Made by a program: the position numbers and the translations under genes. Of a stretch of 64,000 nucleotides of DNA, positions 38,133 to 47,467 are shown one piece after another. The notes beneath the pieces are model-generated. The model searched no databases, was not told the DNA's origin, and saw only the letters and a program-made list of their open reading frames with translations. The stretch is from a virus. The stretch lies in the IMG/VR virus record IMGVR_UViG_3300031774_000005, positions 1 to 64,000 of that record. One strand, written 5' to 3'. How positions within the stretch are numbered: the first letter of the stretch is position 1; each line of letters opens with the position of its first letter.

Positions 38133-39959
38133 ATGAGTAAAGCAATTAATAATCCAAATTTTATAGCCACAAACGATAGTCCGGAGGGGTCTGCACCAAT
38201 AACAGGACAGATACTTGATGGGTTTGATTTTCCACATACAGGATTAATCAAAGTATTTAATTTAGCATGTGCGGGAAGTTATGCTATTCGTGGTTTTAAT
38301 GGAACAAATATTAACGCTACACAGGCTACATTTGCTGGCGGTGCTGTTTTCTTAAAAGGAACACTTACCCCAATAAGTGGGCCTACAACAGTGACAATTT
38401 CCGGTAATTCACCTAAAACTCATCATTTACTCGTAGCAAGAGCAGGTGCGATAGTTTTAATTCAAGGAACTGTTGATAATGAAGTTCCTCCTTTTGTTGA
38501 TGGAGATGTAATTATAGCCCTTCTAAAATATACAGGTAGCGACCCTATGCAAATACAATATTTAACTTTTAATCAAACCTATAAATCTTTAAGCATTGGT
38601 AGATTAGATACCAATACAAATCAGTATTTAGAAGGACTTAGTATCAAATCCACGCCAAGCGGGAATAGTATAGGAGATATTATAATAGAATCTTTTGAAC
38701 AGGATAAAGATATTGTTTTCAAAGTAAATGATGGAGGAAGCCCAAGTCAAGAAATTTTAAGAATTGATGCGAGCGATAAAGAGGTATATTTGGACAAGGG
38801 TTATCTTCATCTTAAAAGCGATGATGCCGGAGAAGCACCTAAACTTACCTTAGAAAACAGAAATAACGGAGTTGATGCAGGGGCTATTCATTTTCTTAAA
38901 GATGGAAGTTCACCCGCTAATAATGACAAAATAGGAACAATTATTTTTGAATCCGAAAGTGCGTTGAGTGCAGACCATACTTATGCTGATATAATGGTAT
39001 ATTCAAAAGACACAACAAATAGTGCAGAACACGGAAGAATGAATTTTCGTATATCAAAAGCAGGTAGTTTGGTAAGTGCATTAGACATAAATGATGATGA
39101 AATAGTAGTTAATGAAACTTCAAAAGATATAAATTTTAGAGTTGAAAGCGACACTAACCAAAATATGTTTGTTGTTGATGCTTCAACTGATAGAATAGGA
39201 ATAGGAACTGCAACACCTGTTGCGCCTCTTCATGTAATGACAAGTAATACAGATGAAACATTAAGGCTACAATCCGATGACGCTACCGCTACAACTGCAC
39301 CGGATTTAATATTTCATAGAAATTCTGCTTCTCCTGCGGCAAGTGATGGAATAGGCCACATTAAATTTTTAGGAAGAAATGCAGCCAATAATGCCGATAT
39401 AATGTATGCGGCCATGTATGCAAGTATTAGAGACACAACTGCAAATAATGAAGATGGGTCACTTATATTTACTACTGAAACTGCGGGTAATGATAAAAAT
39501 AGGATGGCTATAATGCCAACGGAAGTTAATATTAATGATAATGGGGAAGCATTAAATTTTAGAGTTGAAAGCGATAGTAATGTAAATATGTTATTTGTTG
39601 ATGGAACAAATAATAAAGTTGGAATTGGAACTAATACTCCATCTGCAACATTAGAAGTTGCTACCGGAGGAACTTTTAGAAGCCCAAGACTACCAATGGT
39701 TTCTGTTTCAGCCTCCACTACTTTAACAGAAGCAACTCACGCAGGAGCATATCTAAAATGTGCAGGAAATGTAACTTTACCTGCTACTTCTTCCGATGGG
39801 GAACATTATACTATTTTAAACACAACAAATGGTAATATTACTGTTGGAAGAAATGGTAATAATATTAATGGCGCAGGTTCGGATGCTACGGTTTCTACTT
39901 TTAATGCGGTGACTTGTATTGCTATTGGTAGTAATGATTGGATTGTATTAGGAGTTTGA
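38133..39959 (+). CDS. Tail fibre protein with tandem internal repeat
   Basis: Two NFRVESD..NM..VD....IGIGT.TP repeats. Confidence 0.75.
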   Translation: MSKAINNPNFIATNDSPEGSAPITGQILDGFDFPHTGLIKVFNLACAGSYAIRGFNGTNINATQATFAGGAVFLKGTLTPISGPTTVTISGNSPKTHHLLVARAGAIVLIQGTVDNEVPPFVDGDVIIALLKYTGSDPMQIQYLTFNQTYKSLSIGRLDTNTNQYLEGLSIKSTPSGNSIGDIIIESFEQDKDIVFKVNDGGSPSQEILRIDASDKEVYLDKGYLHLKSDDAGEAPKLTLENRNNGVDAGAIHFLKDGSSPANNDKIGTIIFESESALSADHTYADIMVYSKDTTNSAEHGRMNFRISKAGSLVSALDINDDEIVVNETSKDINFRVESDTNQNMFVVDASTDRIGIGTATPVAPLHVMTSNTDETLRLQSDDATATTAPDLIFHRNSASPAASDGIGHIKFLGRNAANNADIMYAAMYASIRDTTANNEDGSLIFTTETAGNDKNRMAIMPTEVNINDNGEALNFRVESDSNVNMLFVDGTNNKVGIGTNTPSATLEVATGGTFRSPRLPMVSVSASTTLTEATHAGAYLKCAGNVTLPATSSDGEHYTILNTTNGNITVGRNGNNINGAGSDATVSTFNAVTCIAIGSNDWIVLGV

Positions 39960-40771
39960 TTACTTTGTATAACGCTATTGCGGGTTCTTGTGCTGAACAA
40001 GAGGCTAATGCGGGTGGTGGTGGTTCTCCACCTGCGGGAATTACTTTAAATCAAATTTATTTTTCCGATAGCGCAACAGGGGGAGCAAGTGCAGGTAATA
40101 CTATTGAATTTTGGCAAAATAATATGTTTCTTCAAATTGGCACTCAACCTATTAACAGGTCATATGGTTCGGCACAGTCAATAGCACAGTTATTAAGCAC
40201 ACCTACTGTTTCTGCATTATCAGCAACAGAAACAAAAAGTGCATATACTCTACCTGCAAGCACATTAATTTCTTTTATGAATCTTGCAGTCACAGGGCAA
40301 ACAAGCCCATATACAAATAATAACGAACCAAGCCAAATACTCTTAAATATTGGTATGTTTTTACAAGCCCCTAACGGATTAAATAGTATTACTCAATATG
40401 AACTTGATAATATGACGATAGGTTGGGGTGGAGTTATCTCACAATTTCCGTTTATAGCGAATAATACTCCTAATTTTCCTCAACAAAATTCATTAGGACT
40501 TTCAACTGATTATCCATCAAATACTAATGTTAATTTTAATCCAGCAACAGGAAATAGCGGTGATTGGGGAATACTCGGTAATTCGGGCGTATTAACCTTA
40601 AATTTTTCAGCCAATTATGCAATTGATTTAGTATATATATTTGATATTCGGGCAAGGGGAGCGAGTCCATCAGCAGGACAAACGGCAACTTTTAGATATA
40701 AAGCAATAGCAGTTAATGGCGCAGGAGCAACGGAAACTGCATATCACACAGTAGAAATAACATTAACATGA
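39938..40771 (+). CDS. Putative receptor-binding/fibre-associated protein
   Basis: S/T/N/G-rich 277-aa ORF after the fibre; true start may be TTG ~39956. Confidence 0.55.
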   Translation: MDCIRSLITLYNAIAGSCAEQEANAGGGGSPPAGITLNQIYFSDSATGGASAGNTIEFWQNNMFLQIGTQPINRSYGSAQSIAQLLSTPTVSALSATETKSAYTLPASTLISFMNLAVTGQTSPYTNNNEPSQILLNIGMFLQAPNGLNSITQYELDNMTIGWGGVISQFPFIANNTPNFPQQNSLGLSTDYPSNTNVNFNPATGNSGDWGILGNSGVLTLNFSANYAIDLVYIFDIRARGASPSAGQTATFRYKAIAVNGAGATETAYHTVEITLT

Positions 40772-40780
40772 GGCGATAAA

Positions 40781-41290
40781 ATGTTAGGAATAAATATACC
40801 CGAAGATGAAAAAGGCAATTGGAAAATAGAAGTGGATAATGGGGAATGTTCATTAGTTAAATTAAGCATTGGTAATTCTATTATGAAAGACAGTCAATGG
40901 GAATATGATACACATAAATGGCTTTGGGATAATGCTACGGGGGATATATTAGTAGCGGGTTTAGGAATAGGTTTTCTAAATAAAGAATTAATTGATAATC
41001 ATAGTTTTAATTCAATTACTATTATAGAAAATTCACAAGATGTAATAGATATGGTTTGGCCTTATTGTGCAAAGGATAGTAGATTTACTTTAATTAAAGA
41101 AGATATAGAAACTTGGAATATCCCAGCAGGTTCACATTGGGATATTGGTTGGTTTGATTCTTGGATAGGAGATAATCCATTGTCTTATAATGGCTATATG
41201 GCCGCTATGAAACATAAATATGACTCTTATTGTGATAAAATAGGTTTTTGGAATGTTAGTGGTGAATTACTTAATCGCATTTTTCCTTAG
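40781..41290 (+). CDS. Class I SAM-dependent methyltransferase-like protein
   Basis: ILVAGLGIG, ITIIE, WDIGWFDSW motifs. Confidence 0.7.
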   Translation: MLGINIPEDEKGNWKIEVDNGECSLVKLSIGNSIMKDSQWEYDTHKWLWDNATGDILVAGLGIGFLNKELIDNHSFNSITIIENSQDVIDMVWPYCAKDSRFTLIKEDIETWNIPAGSHWDIGWFDSWIGDNPLSYNGYMAAMKHKYDSYCDKIGFWNVSGELLNRIFP

Positions 41291-41402
41291 TTTTATTTTT
41301 GGCTATTTTACTATGTCATTATTATTAAGCGATAATGAAAAAGTCGGAGTTATTTTTGTTCAAGAAAATGATTTTGATTTAGTCGAACAAGATTCAAAAT
41401 AA
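41253..41402 (+). CDS. Small single-TM protein (not in ORF track)
   Basis: MLVVNYLIAFFLSFIFGYFTMSLLL plus acidic tail. Confidence 0.45.
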   Translation: MLVVNYLIAFFLSFIFGYFTMSLLLSDNEKVGVIFVQENDFDLVEQDSK

Positions 41403-41433
41403 GCGAACAAAAAATCGTGATTTTTAAAAAACC

Positions 41434-41470
41434 AAAAAAAAAATGAGAGAGGCCGAAGCCCCCCTCATTT
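41434..41470 (-). terminator. Hairpin with C(UUCG)G loop plus U-tract at the convergence of the two arms
   Basis: Minus strand AAATGAGGGGGGC-TTCG-GCCTCTCTCATTT-TTTTTTT; G:U pairs form only on the minus strand. Confidence 0.8.
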
Positions 41471-41608
41471 AGTTTTATCCGACCATATTCCATTACAAGC
41501 CCTGCATTCCCACAATTTTACTTGTTCGGGAGAACCTACATAGAAACCTAATAGCCTTCTCGCTACTGTTTTTTCGCCACAGTAGCGACATTCTTGTTTT
41601 AAACTCAT
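41465..41608 (-). CDS. 47-aa TFIIS/TFS-like Zn-ribbon protein (not in ORF track)
   Basis: MSLKQECRYCGEKTVARRLLGFYVGSPEQVKLWECRACNGIWSDKTK: C-x2-C-x24-C-x2-C-x3-W. Confidence 0.65.
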   Translation of the reverse strand: MSLKQECRYCGEKTVARRLLGFYVGSPEQVKLWECRACNGIWSDKTK

Positions 41609-41612
41609 ACAA

Positions 41613-41762
41613 TCACTTGTTTTTGTTATCTTCGCTCATCAAACGCTTCATATATTCTTCGACGCTTTCATCGGTGATATTAGTTCCACCGAAAGCGGCA
41701 AAGAAAAGAAGCATAAGAATTACGACGAAAACAAACAAGCCAAACCATTCCCAGCCAGTCAT
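41613..41762 (-). CDS. 49-aa single-TM protein (not in ORF track)
   Basis: MTGWEWFGLFVFVVILMLLFFAAFGG...; GGAGG RBS. Confidence 0.65.
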   Translation of the reverse strand: MTGWEWFGLFVFVVILMLLFFAAFGGTNITDESVEEYMKRLMSEDNKNK

Positions 41763-42355
41763 CACCAATCAACCTCCAATTCTTTATGTTCTCCCTTTTC
41801 CATAGAAAAGGCTTTTACTATTCCATTATCTTGTCCATATTTCCAAAGGTCATAGACTAATTGTGTATCTTTCATGCAATACTCAACAACTTCATCATAT
41901 TGACCCATTTTCCATAATTTAGGTGCATCTGCACTATCCATTAGTTTTGCATCATTCATGGTGCATTTAACTAAATTTTTAAGTTGGAATCTTTCTTTAT
42001 GTTCTTTCATTAAGATGCGACTTGTATCTATAAATTTTTCTTCTTTTAAATACTTATTAATGCAATAAATATCCATAGAATCTCTCAATATAGGTAAATC
42101 AAAAGCCTTAATGTTATGCCCTAACAAAACCCCGCCTTTTTGTAAATGCTCATCTAAGTCGTATTTTAGTTCGGATAACGATTTAATAATATGGCCGGAT
42201 TTAGCAAAACTATCCATTTTCTCATCAACATAAACTGTTCCGGTTTTACCATCCCAAGTAGCAACAGTAGATACTTGGAACATATGGGTATTACCAAAAC
42301 CGCCTATGTCAAAAGACATATTTTTAGTTTCTAAGTCAATAGCCAATACTGACAT
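41762..42355 (-). CDS. DEDD/RNase H-like 3'-5' exonuclease
   Basis: IDLET, GHNIKAFDLP, YCMKD. Confidence 0.85.
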   Translation of the reverse strand: MSVLAIDLETKNMSFDIGGFGNTHMFQVSTVATWDGKTGTVYVDEKMDSFAKSGHIIKSLSELKYDLDEHLQKGGVLLGHNIKAFDLPILRDSMDIYCINKYLKEEKFIDTSRILMKEHKERFQLKNLVKCTMNDAKLMDSADAPKLWKMGQYDEVVEYCMKDTQLVYDLWKYGQDNGIVKAFSMEKGEHKELEVDW

Positions 42356-42357
42356 AC

Positions 42358-42588
42358 TTATTCACCAGCATTAGACCAAAGTTTGCTAATTTTTTCCTCT
42401 TCTTTATTTACTTTAGGTTTTTCATCTATGTCAGTTCTTCTTTTTAAGAAACAAACTATCTGTTTATTAGCCACAATTAGTTGAGAACAACATTCCCAAC
42501 CATCATCTCCATAAGTATTTAATGTGTCAATTATTACTTTTGGCCCTTTTTCTACTTGAAAAACTAAATATGTATTTTCCCATTTCAT
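42358..42588 (-). CDS. DUF4177-like small protein
   Basis: MKWE...LNTYGDDGWE pattern. Confidence 0.55.
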   Translation of the reverse strand: MKWENTYLVFQVEKGPKVIIDTLNTYGDDGWECCSQLIVANKQIVCFLKRRTDIDEKPKVNKEEEKISKLWSNAGE

Positions 42589-44048
42589 TCATCATCACCT
42601 TTTATCATTCTAATATATGTTGTTCTGCCTTCCTTCTTTTCTGCAAACTTATGTCTAATAACTTCATAATATCTGTAAATCTGCGCCCTTGACTTCTTTG
42701 CTTTGGTCTTGACTTCGGTTAAGAGGTTGGTCTTATTCACGAATCCCTCATCATCTTTATTTAACTTATCGTAGATTTCGACGAAAATCGGCTCTAAATT
42801 GTTTTCTGCGATGCTTCGCTTCTTCTGTCTCATGGTTCTTTCAAGCCAATCAACTAATGTCATGTAGCATTGTTTGATAATAGTTGCGGCTTGACGCACA
42901 TTATGTCCTGTCACTTTGAATCTATCTTCTTCATTGTTAATAGATGGTGCGGAAGCAACGCTACAAAGAACAGACATTTTATACAATATTTTCATTAAAC
43001 GAGTAGTAAAGTTTCCTGCAATAACCGCAACATCTTCTCTTGCATCTTGCATGATTTTTCTTAATGTTTCATATTCTAATGTTAAAACTTGGTTAAAGTC
43101 CGGAGTAAATGTCATTGTTTCAAGGGAGTTCTTATTCGCATCTTCCCATCTTTTCTTAGTCATGTTGTAAATAGTCATTAAAGCCTCAACATATTTATCA
43201 ATTGGTGCATTTACTTCTTCTATTGTTCCTGCTTTTGCTATTTGCTCAAGTCTCATTTTATGTTGGATAAATTCGGGAACTTCCCAACAATAAACAAGCA
43301 TTCTTTGTAATACTCCTTTTTCAGCCATTACTTGATTAAGATTACTTGGAGGGTAAGTCATAGCAATTACTGAACGCTCACAAAAACATTCCATAACCAT
43401 ACCACCAAAAGAAGTTAATGCTTTTGATATTATCCAAGAATTACCCGATAATGAGTTCATTAAAGTGTTTAGATAAACAATTGAATTTTCTTTATGTTGA
43501 GTTTGTTTAAAGATACCGGAGTATTCAAATTCATCCCAATGGGCTAAACCATTTCCTTCTAAAACGCCCGGATTTCTTTCATATACATTTTCTCCATCAT
43601 CATCTTGTTCTTTAGTAAAACCACCAATTAGAACAGAATCGGTATAATCAGTAATACCAAAAGTATCAAAGATTCTATTCATAGGTATATTGTTTTCATT
43701 TAAATATGGTGGGTGTGCGTTTTGTGCATTTATTCTCTTAAATACTCTATTAGCAACAGGGCCAACAAAATTCCATAGAGTTGATTTACCCGTTCCTGAA
43801 GTTTGAATCCAACAAAAGTGTATTCTTGTATCTTCATGGTTTCTTCCGTTAGGAATAGTAATAAAATCTTTACAAATCTGTCCTAAGATAGTAAAGAAAC
43901 TTATTGCGGCAGGTATCTCATTATAGTGTGATACTTCAATTGCTGATTTTTGAAAGTCTCTAACGACTCTCGGTAGGGCTTCACTGAAAACACCTGCATT
44001 AGTTTCAAGCATTTCCATATATTCTTCTTCATTATATTCTTCATTCAT
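42585..44048 (-). CDS. MCM-like AAA+ ATPase/helicase
   Basis: SGTGKS Walker A, PGVL..NGLAHWDEF Walker B, LQR arginine finger; next to nuclease and primase. Confidence 0.7.
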   Translation of the reverse strand: MNEEYNEEEYMEMLETNAGVFSEALPRVVRDFQKSAIEVSHYNEIPAAISFFTILGQICKDFITIPNGRNHEDTRIHFCWIQTSGTGKSTLWNFVGPVANRVFKRINAQNAHPPYLNENNIPMNRIFDTFGITDYTDSVLIGGFTKEQDDDGENVYERNPGVLEGNGLAHWDEFEYSGIFKQTQHKENSIVYLNTLMNSLSGNSWIISKALTSFGGMVMECFCERSVIAMTYPPSNLNQVMAEKGVLQRMLVYCWEVPEFIQHKMRLEQIAKAGTIEEVNAPIDKYVEALMTIYNMTKKRWEDANKNSLETMTFTPDFNQVLTLEYETLRKIMQDAREDVAVIAGNFTTRLMKILYKMSVLCSVASAPSINNEEDRFKVTGHNVRQAATIIKQCYMTLVDWLERTMRQKKRSIAENNLEPIFVEIYDKLNKDDEGFVNKTNLLTEVKTKAKKSRAQIYRYYEVIRHKFAEKKEGRTTYIRMIKGDDE

Positions 44049-44734
44049 ATTTTCACCTTCTCTTCCGAGTTTAATGTGGAGATTATTCTTTTGGCTAAGG
44101 TTTCCCCAATACCTTCAATTGCTTGCAGTTCAAAAACTGAACATTCACCAATTTCCATAATAGAGCCGAATTGCTTTATTAGTTCTTTTGCCTTTTTTAC
44201 TGATATTCCTTTAATACTTGTTAATAAATCTAATCTTAAATCATCTGTTGTTAATCTTTTAAATACTTGTGGTGCTATTGTTTCTCTTGTTCTTGGTTTC
44301 ATTTTACTTACTGCTGTTATTATTGATGCCGCTTCTTCTTCTGTTTTTACCCAAAAGGGTTTTATGTCCGTGTCTAATACTATTCTCCCTAATGCTCCAA
44401 GAAACTTATTGTTTAACATCACGCTTCTTGCGGCTACGGGCAATTTACTGCTGGAATGTTCAATTATATTTAGTATGGCCTCACTAAGCGAGCCATAGAT
44501 GATTACTACATTGGTTTGGTAATGTCTATCCATGTTATCAAGTTGAGTCCAAAGCCTTTTTGACATTACAGACCCGATGAAATCAATAGTGGATTTTGCT
44601 TCAAAGCAAACATCATCATAAACATAGTCGCCTATCTCAATCCATTTTTTCTCATGTGGAATGAATAGGGCTTTTGCCTTTTTCATTACTAAGTCGGCTA
44701 ACTTGGACTTTTCTCTTGAATCAATTATTAGCAT
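44045..44734 (-). CDS. ERCC4/XPF-family nuclease with HhH
   Basis: IDSRE, GDY, EAKS..DF..S...RL..QL; GIS/GIG HhH motifs. Confidence 0.88.
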   Translation of the reverse strand: MLIIDSREKSKLADLVMKKAKALFIPHEKKWIEIGDYVYDDVCFEAKSTIDFIGSVMSKRLWTQLDNMDRHYQTNVVIIYGSLSEAILNIIEHSSSKLPVAARSVMLNNKFLGALGRIVLDTDIKPFWVKTEEEAASIITAVSKMKPRTRETIAPQVFKRLTTDDLRLDLLTSIKGISVKKAKELIKQFGSIMEIGECSVFELQAIEGIGETLAKRIISTLNSEEKVKI

Positions 44735-45761
44735 TTGAATACCTCCAACATTTCCCAACACAAAACCCATCACTAATCAGTTTATCACAATGAGGGGTGT
44801 TGTAATTATTATATACAGTAAATTTAGAATGTTTGATAGTTTCACTTTTATCCCAATCCAACCATACTGAATCGGATTCAGCAAATACTCTTTCTAATTC
44901 TTCAACTACTAATTTATGCACTTGCGTTTTATCTGCTTGATTTACTAAATCAGTATAGCCCGATAATAAATCTCGATACCAAGATACCAAATATGCTCTT
45001 GCTAAATGCGTAGGATTTTCTACCATAACGGCATTATGCAAACAAGGCAACATAGGCAAATTACCAACTGTTGAAGGCACAGAAACCGAGCCTTCCATAG
45101 CCTCAATAGGGGGTGCTTCGGGGAAAACTACCTCTTTTTTCCCGCTTTTTTTGAACGGTAAAAGGCGTGGCTCAAGAGCCATTGTTAGTATTTCTTCAAT
45201 ATCTAATCGTAAGTCATCAATTGTTAAAGGTATGCAATACCGAGCATTTCCTTTACCATCGGAAGAGGACATATTAACAGTATTGGGAACTCTTCTCAAT
45301 CTTGTTTTCTGTCCAACTCTTTCATCTAATGAATTTTTCTTACCGACTTTTAAATCTAACAATTGTTTTATTTCTCTAAATAAGGTTTGAACATTTCTCA
45401 TGTTTTTTGTTGTCTTACCAAATAAGAATAAATGAAATCCACGACCTGAAAAAAATAAAGTATGTAAATAACTATTTTCAATAACCATTTCCATTACAAC
45501 CTTAACATCTCTCCAAGCCATATCTAAATTATCTTCATGAGCATCAAAATCTAAAAAGATTCTATCAATAATTACACTATCCTCAACAGGCATAGTTTCT
45601 GTAAAATGTTCAAAATCATAAACGGTAGTATATACATTAGTTCGGTTGTTATGAGATTTAACAAACTCAAAGTATTCATTCTTTGTTGTCATCTTTTTTC
45701 TTTTCATTTGCGGAGCGTTTTTTACTTGACTCCCCGCCCAAACCATTCTCGGAAACTTCAT
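44721..45761 (-). CDS. Archaeo-eukaryotic primase with PriL-like C-terminal domain
   Basis: FLDFD, SGRGFH, RLRRVPNT; C-terminal LPC..H.AR..L..PHC..C..C. Confidence 0.85.
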   Translation of the reverse strand: MKFPRMVWAGSQVKNAPQMKRKKMTTKNEYFEFVKSHNNRTNVYTTVYDFEHFTETMPVEDSVIIDRIFLDFDAHEDNLDMAWRDVKVVMEMVIENSYLHTLFFSGRGFHLFLFGKTTKNMRNVQTLFREIKQLLDLKVGKKNSLDERVGQKTRLRRVPNTVNMSSSDGKGNARYCIPLTIDDLRLDIEEILTMALEPRLLPFKKSGKKEVVFPEAPPIEAMEGSVSVPSTVGNLPMLPCLHNAVMVENPTHLARAYLVSWYRDLLSGYTDLVNQADKTQVHKLVVEELERVFAESDSVWLDWDKSETIKHSKFTVYNNYNTPHCDKLISDGFCVGKCWRYSNANN

Positions 45762-46047
45762 TGTTATTACCTCCAAAATTAACTGTTGCAGTATTAAGCA
45801 TCTGTTTAATTACTTCCGCTACATCTGCTTGTATTTGTATTAATCCAATATCTCTAAACATATCTTCGTAAGTTCTTCCTACCATATTTTCATTTATTCT
45901 AATATCTCTAATCAATTCAAATCTTTCTTGAAGAGACAATTCTATGTAAATATCATTGGCTAAAGAACCAATAGAAGTTGCTAAATCGCTAACTTCAACA
46001 AAAGACCATTGTTTAGATAAAACTTTTTTCTTAATTAGTTCTTTCAT
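45676..46047 (-). CDS. Hypothetical protein
   Basis: 123-aa coupled ORF. Confidence 0.6.
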   Translation of the reverse strand: MKELIKKKVLSKQWSFVEVSDLATSIGSLANDIYIELSLQERFELIRDIRINENMVGRTYEDMFRDIGLIQIQADVAEVIKQMLNTATVNFGGNNNEVSENGLGGESSKKRSANEKKKDDNKE

Positions 46048-46316
46048 TCTTCCCTCTCCTTTAATTGTTCATATGCTTGTAGTCTGCTTTGTTTTAATGA
46101 ATTAGCCATTTGTATAACTGATGCTATTATAGAACAAACTCCCTCATGGGCTTCACGGTCTAATCCTCTAAGTAATATTCTACTTGCAGTAACATAATCA
46201 TTACAGTCTCTACATACTCTATCTTCAAAATTCTCAAGAAGAGGTTGTGGATTATTACTTTCAAATTCCATCATTTTTTCATTACATAATTTACATTCTA
46301 TTACATTAGTATTCAT
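46044..46316 (-). CDS. Zn-finger protein
   Basis: CKLC...NNPQPL...CRDCN. Confidence 0.65.
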   Translation of the reverse strand: MNTNVIECKLCNEKMMEFESNNPQPLLENFEDRVCRDCNDYVTASRILLRGLDREAHEGVCSIIASVIQMANSLKQSRLQAYEQLKEREE

Positions 46317-46320
46317 TTTA

Positions 46321-47250
46321 TCAACCCCATGTGTCTTCTTGAGCCGCAGGACAAATACCAAAATAAGAGCATGAAGCACACATCTTGTAAAAGAAAGTTG
46401 GTGTAAATTCTTTTATTTCATATGCTTTTATCAGTTTAGCAATATTTAGTTTAACAGAAGTCATAGACCTTTTCTTTACTTCTTCAACTGTAATATGATT
46501 AGCCGCAGGATAATACCAACCCCAATGAGTGACCTTCATATCTTTGTTTAAACCATGTTTAGCCAAAACTTCTTCACTACAATTCTCTATCATTAGTTGA
46601 TAAAACGCCATTTCTTGACGCATAGAAGTTGTTTTGTAATCTTTCCAACCTCCTGTTTTATATTCAAAAGGAATTAAATTACCATTTTCTATAAATATTC
46701 TATCAATAATACCTTGAAGTCTAACCGTATATGGTCTGTTAAGAGTAAATTCTTGATAATTATTCCATGCTCCGCCTTTATATGGGCCAATTGGAATAAC
46801 TATTTCTGTATCAAACATTTCTTCATTAACAATAGGAAGAAACTCATGTAGTTTATCTTCAGATTTTGCTTCAATAAATCGTTGTGCTTCAAATGCCGCC
46901 ACATTTAATGTAATGTCAAAATAATCATCAACGGGCATTAAACTTGTGCAATATTCTAAGACTTCACTATTATTCATATTCTCGGCTTTTTTAATATCAA
47001 AATCATTAAAGAAATCTTCACGATGATTATGTAATACCGTTCCTTTACGCATGGCTTCGGTTTGGTCTTGTGGCCTTCTCTCAATATAATTAAATTGATA
47101 CTTTTTAGGACACCAATTAAATGAACCTAAAGAAGATTTACTAATCTTCAATATTGGTTTAGATGGGTCATCAAAATTTTCCCATTCCCATTTATATGTA
47201 AAATCCTGCATGCTTGCTATTCTTGCTTTATATTTCTCATCTGTATTCAT
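46321..47250 (-). CDS. Cas4-like PD-(D/E)XK nuclease
   Basis: SKSSL..WCP, GIIDR, EYKTG, Q..FY, C-terminal CASC..C. Confidence 0.85.
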   Translation of the reverse strand: MNTDEKYKARIASMQDFTYKWEWENFDDPSKPILKISKSSLGSFNWCPKKYQFNYIERRPQDQTEAMRKGTVLHNHREDFFNDFDIKKAENMNNSEVLEYCTSLMPVDDYFDITLNVAAFEAQRFIEAKSEDKLHEFLPIVNEEMFDTEIVIPIGPYKGGAWNNYQEFTLNRPYTVRLQGIIDRIFIENGNLIPFEYKTGGWKDYKTTSMRQEMAFYQLMIENCSEEVLAKHGLNKDMKVTHWGWYYPAANHITVEEVKKRSMTSVKLNIAKLIKAYEIKEFTPTFFYKMCASCSYFGICPAAQEDTWG

Positions 47251-47254
47251 ATTA

Positions 47255-47467
47255 TCACCTGTCTATTTGTAATTGTTTAATTTCTTGAAATGACGCTCTT
47301 AATTCAGCGCACATATGGTCGTATAAAAAAACTAAATACTCTTCAAAAGTATAATCTCTAAACTGTTCATAATCGTCTTTTTCGGATTTATAATCTAAAT
47401 ATAAACCGTCTCTTACCTCTTCTAATCTTTCTCTTTCTAATAATATTTCATCTTCTCTCAAAACCAT
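47255..47467 (-). CDS. Small acidic hypothetical protein
   Basis: GGAGG before ATG 47467. Confidence 0.55.
   Translation of the reverse strand: MVLREDEILLERERLEEVRDGLYLDYKSEKDDYEQFRDYTFEEYLVFLYDHMCAELRASFQEIKQLQIDR

Noticed and set aside
748-40000. Many 60-150 aa minus-strand ORFs in the + arm, and + strand ORFs in the - arm
   Set aside because: They lie within well-supported genes on the other strand and have S/F/L-rich shadow composition
46321-47250. Cas4-like gene as evidence of a CRISPR system
   Set aside because: No repeat-spacer array or other cas genes seen; solo Cas4-like nucleases are common in viral replication modules
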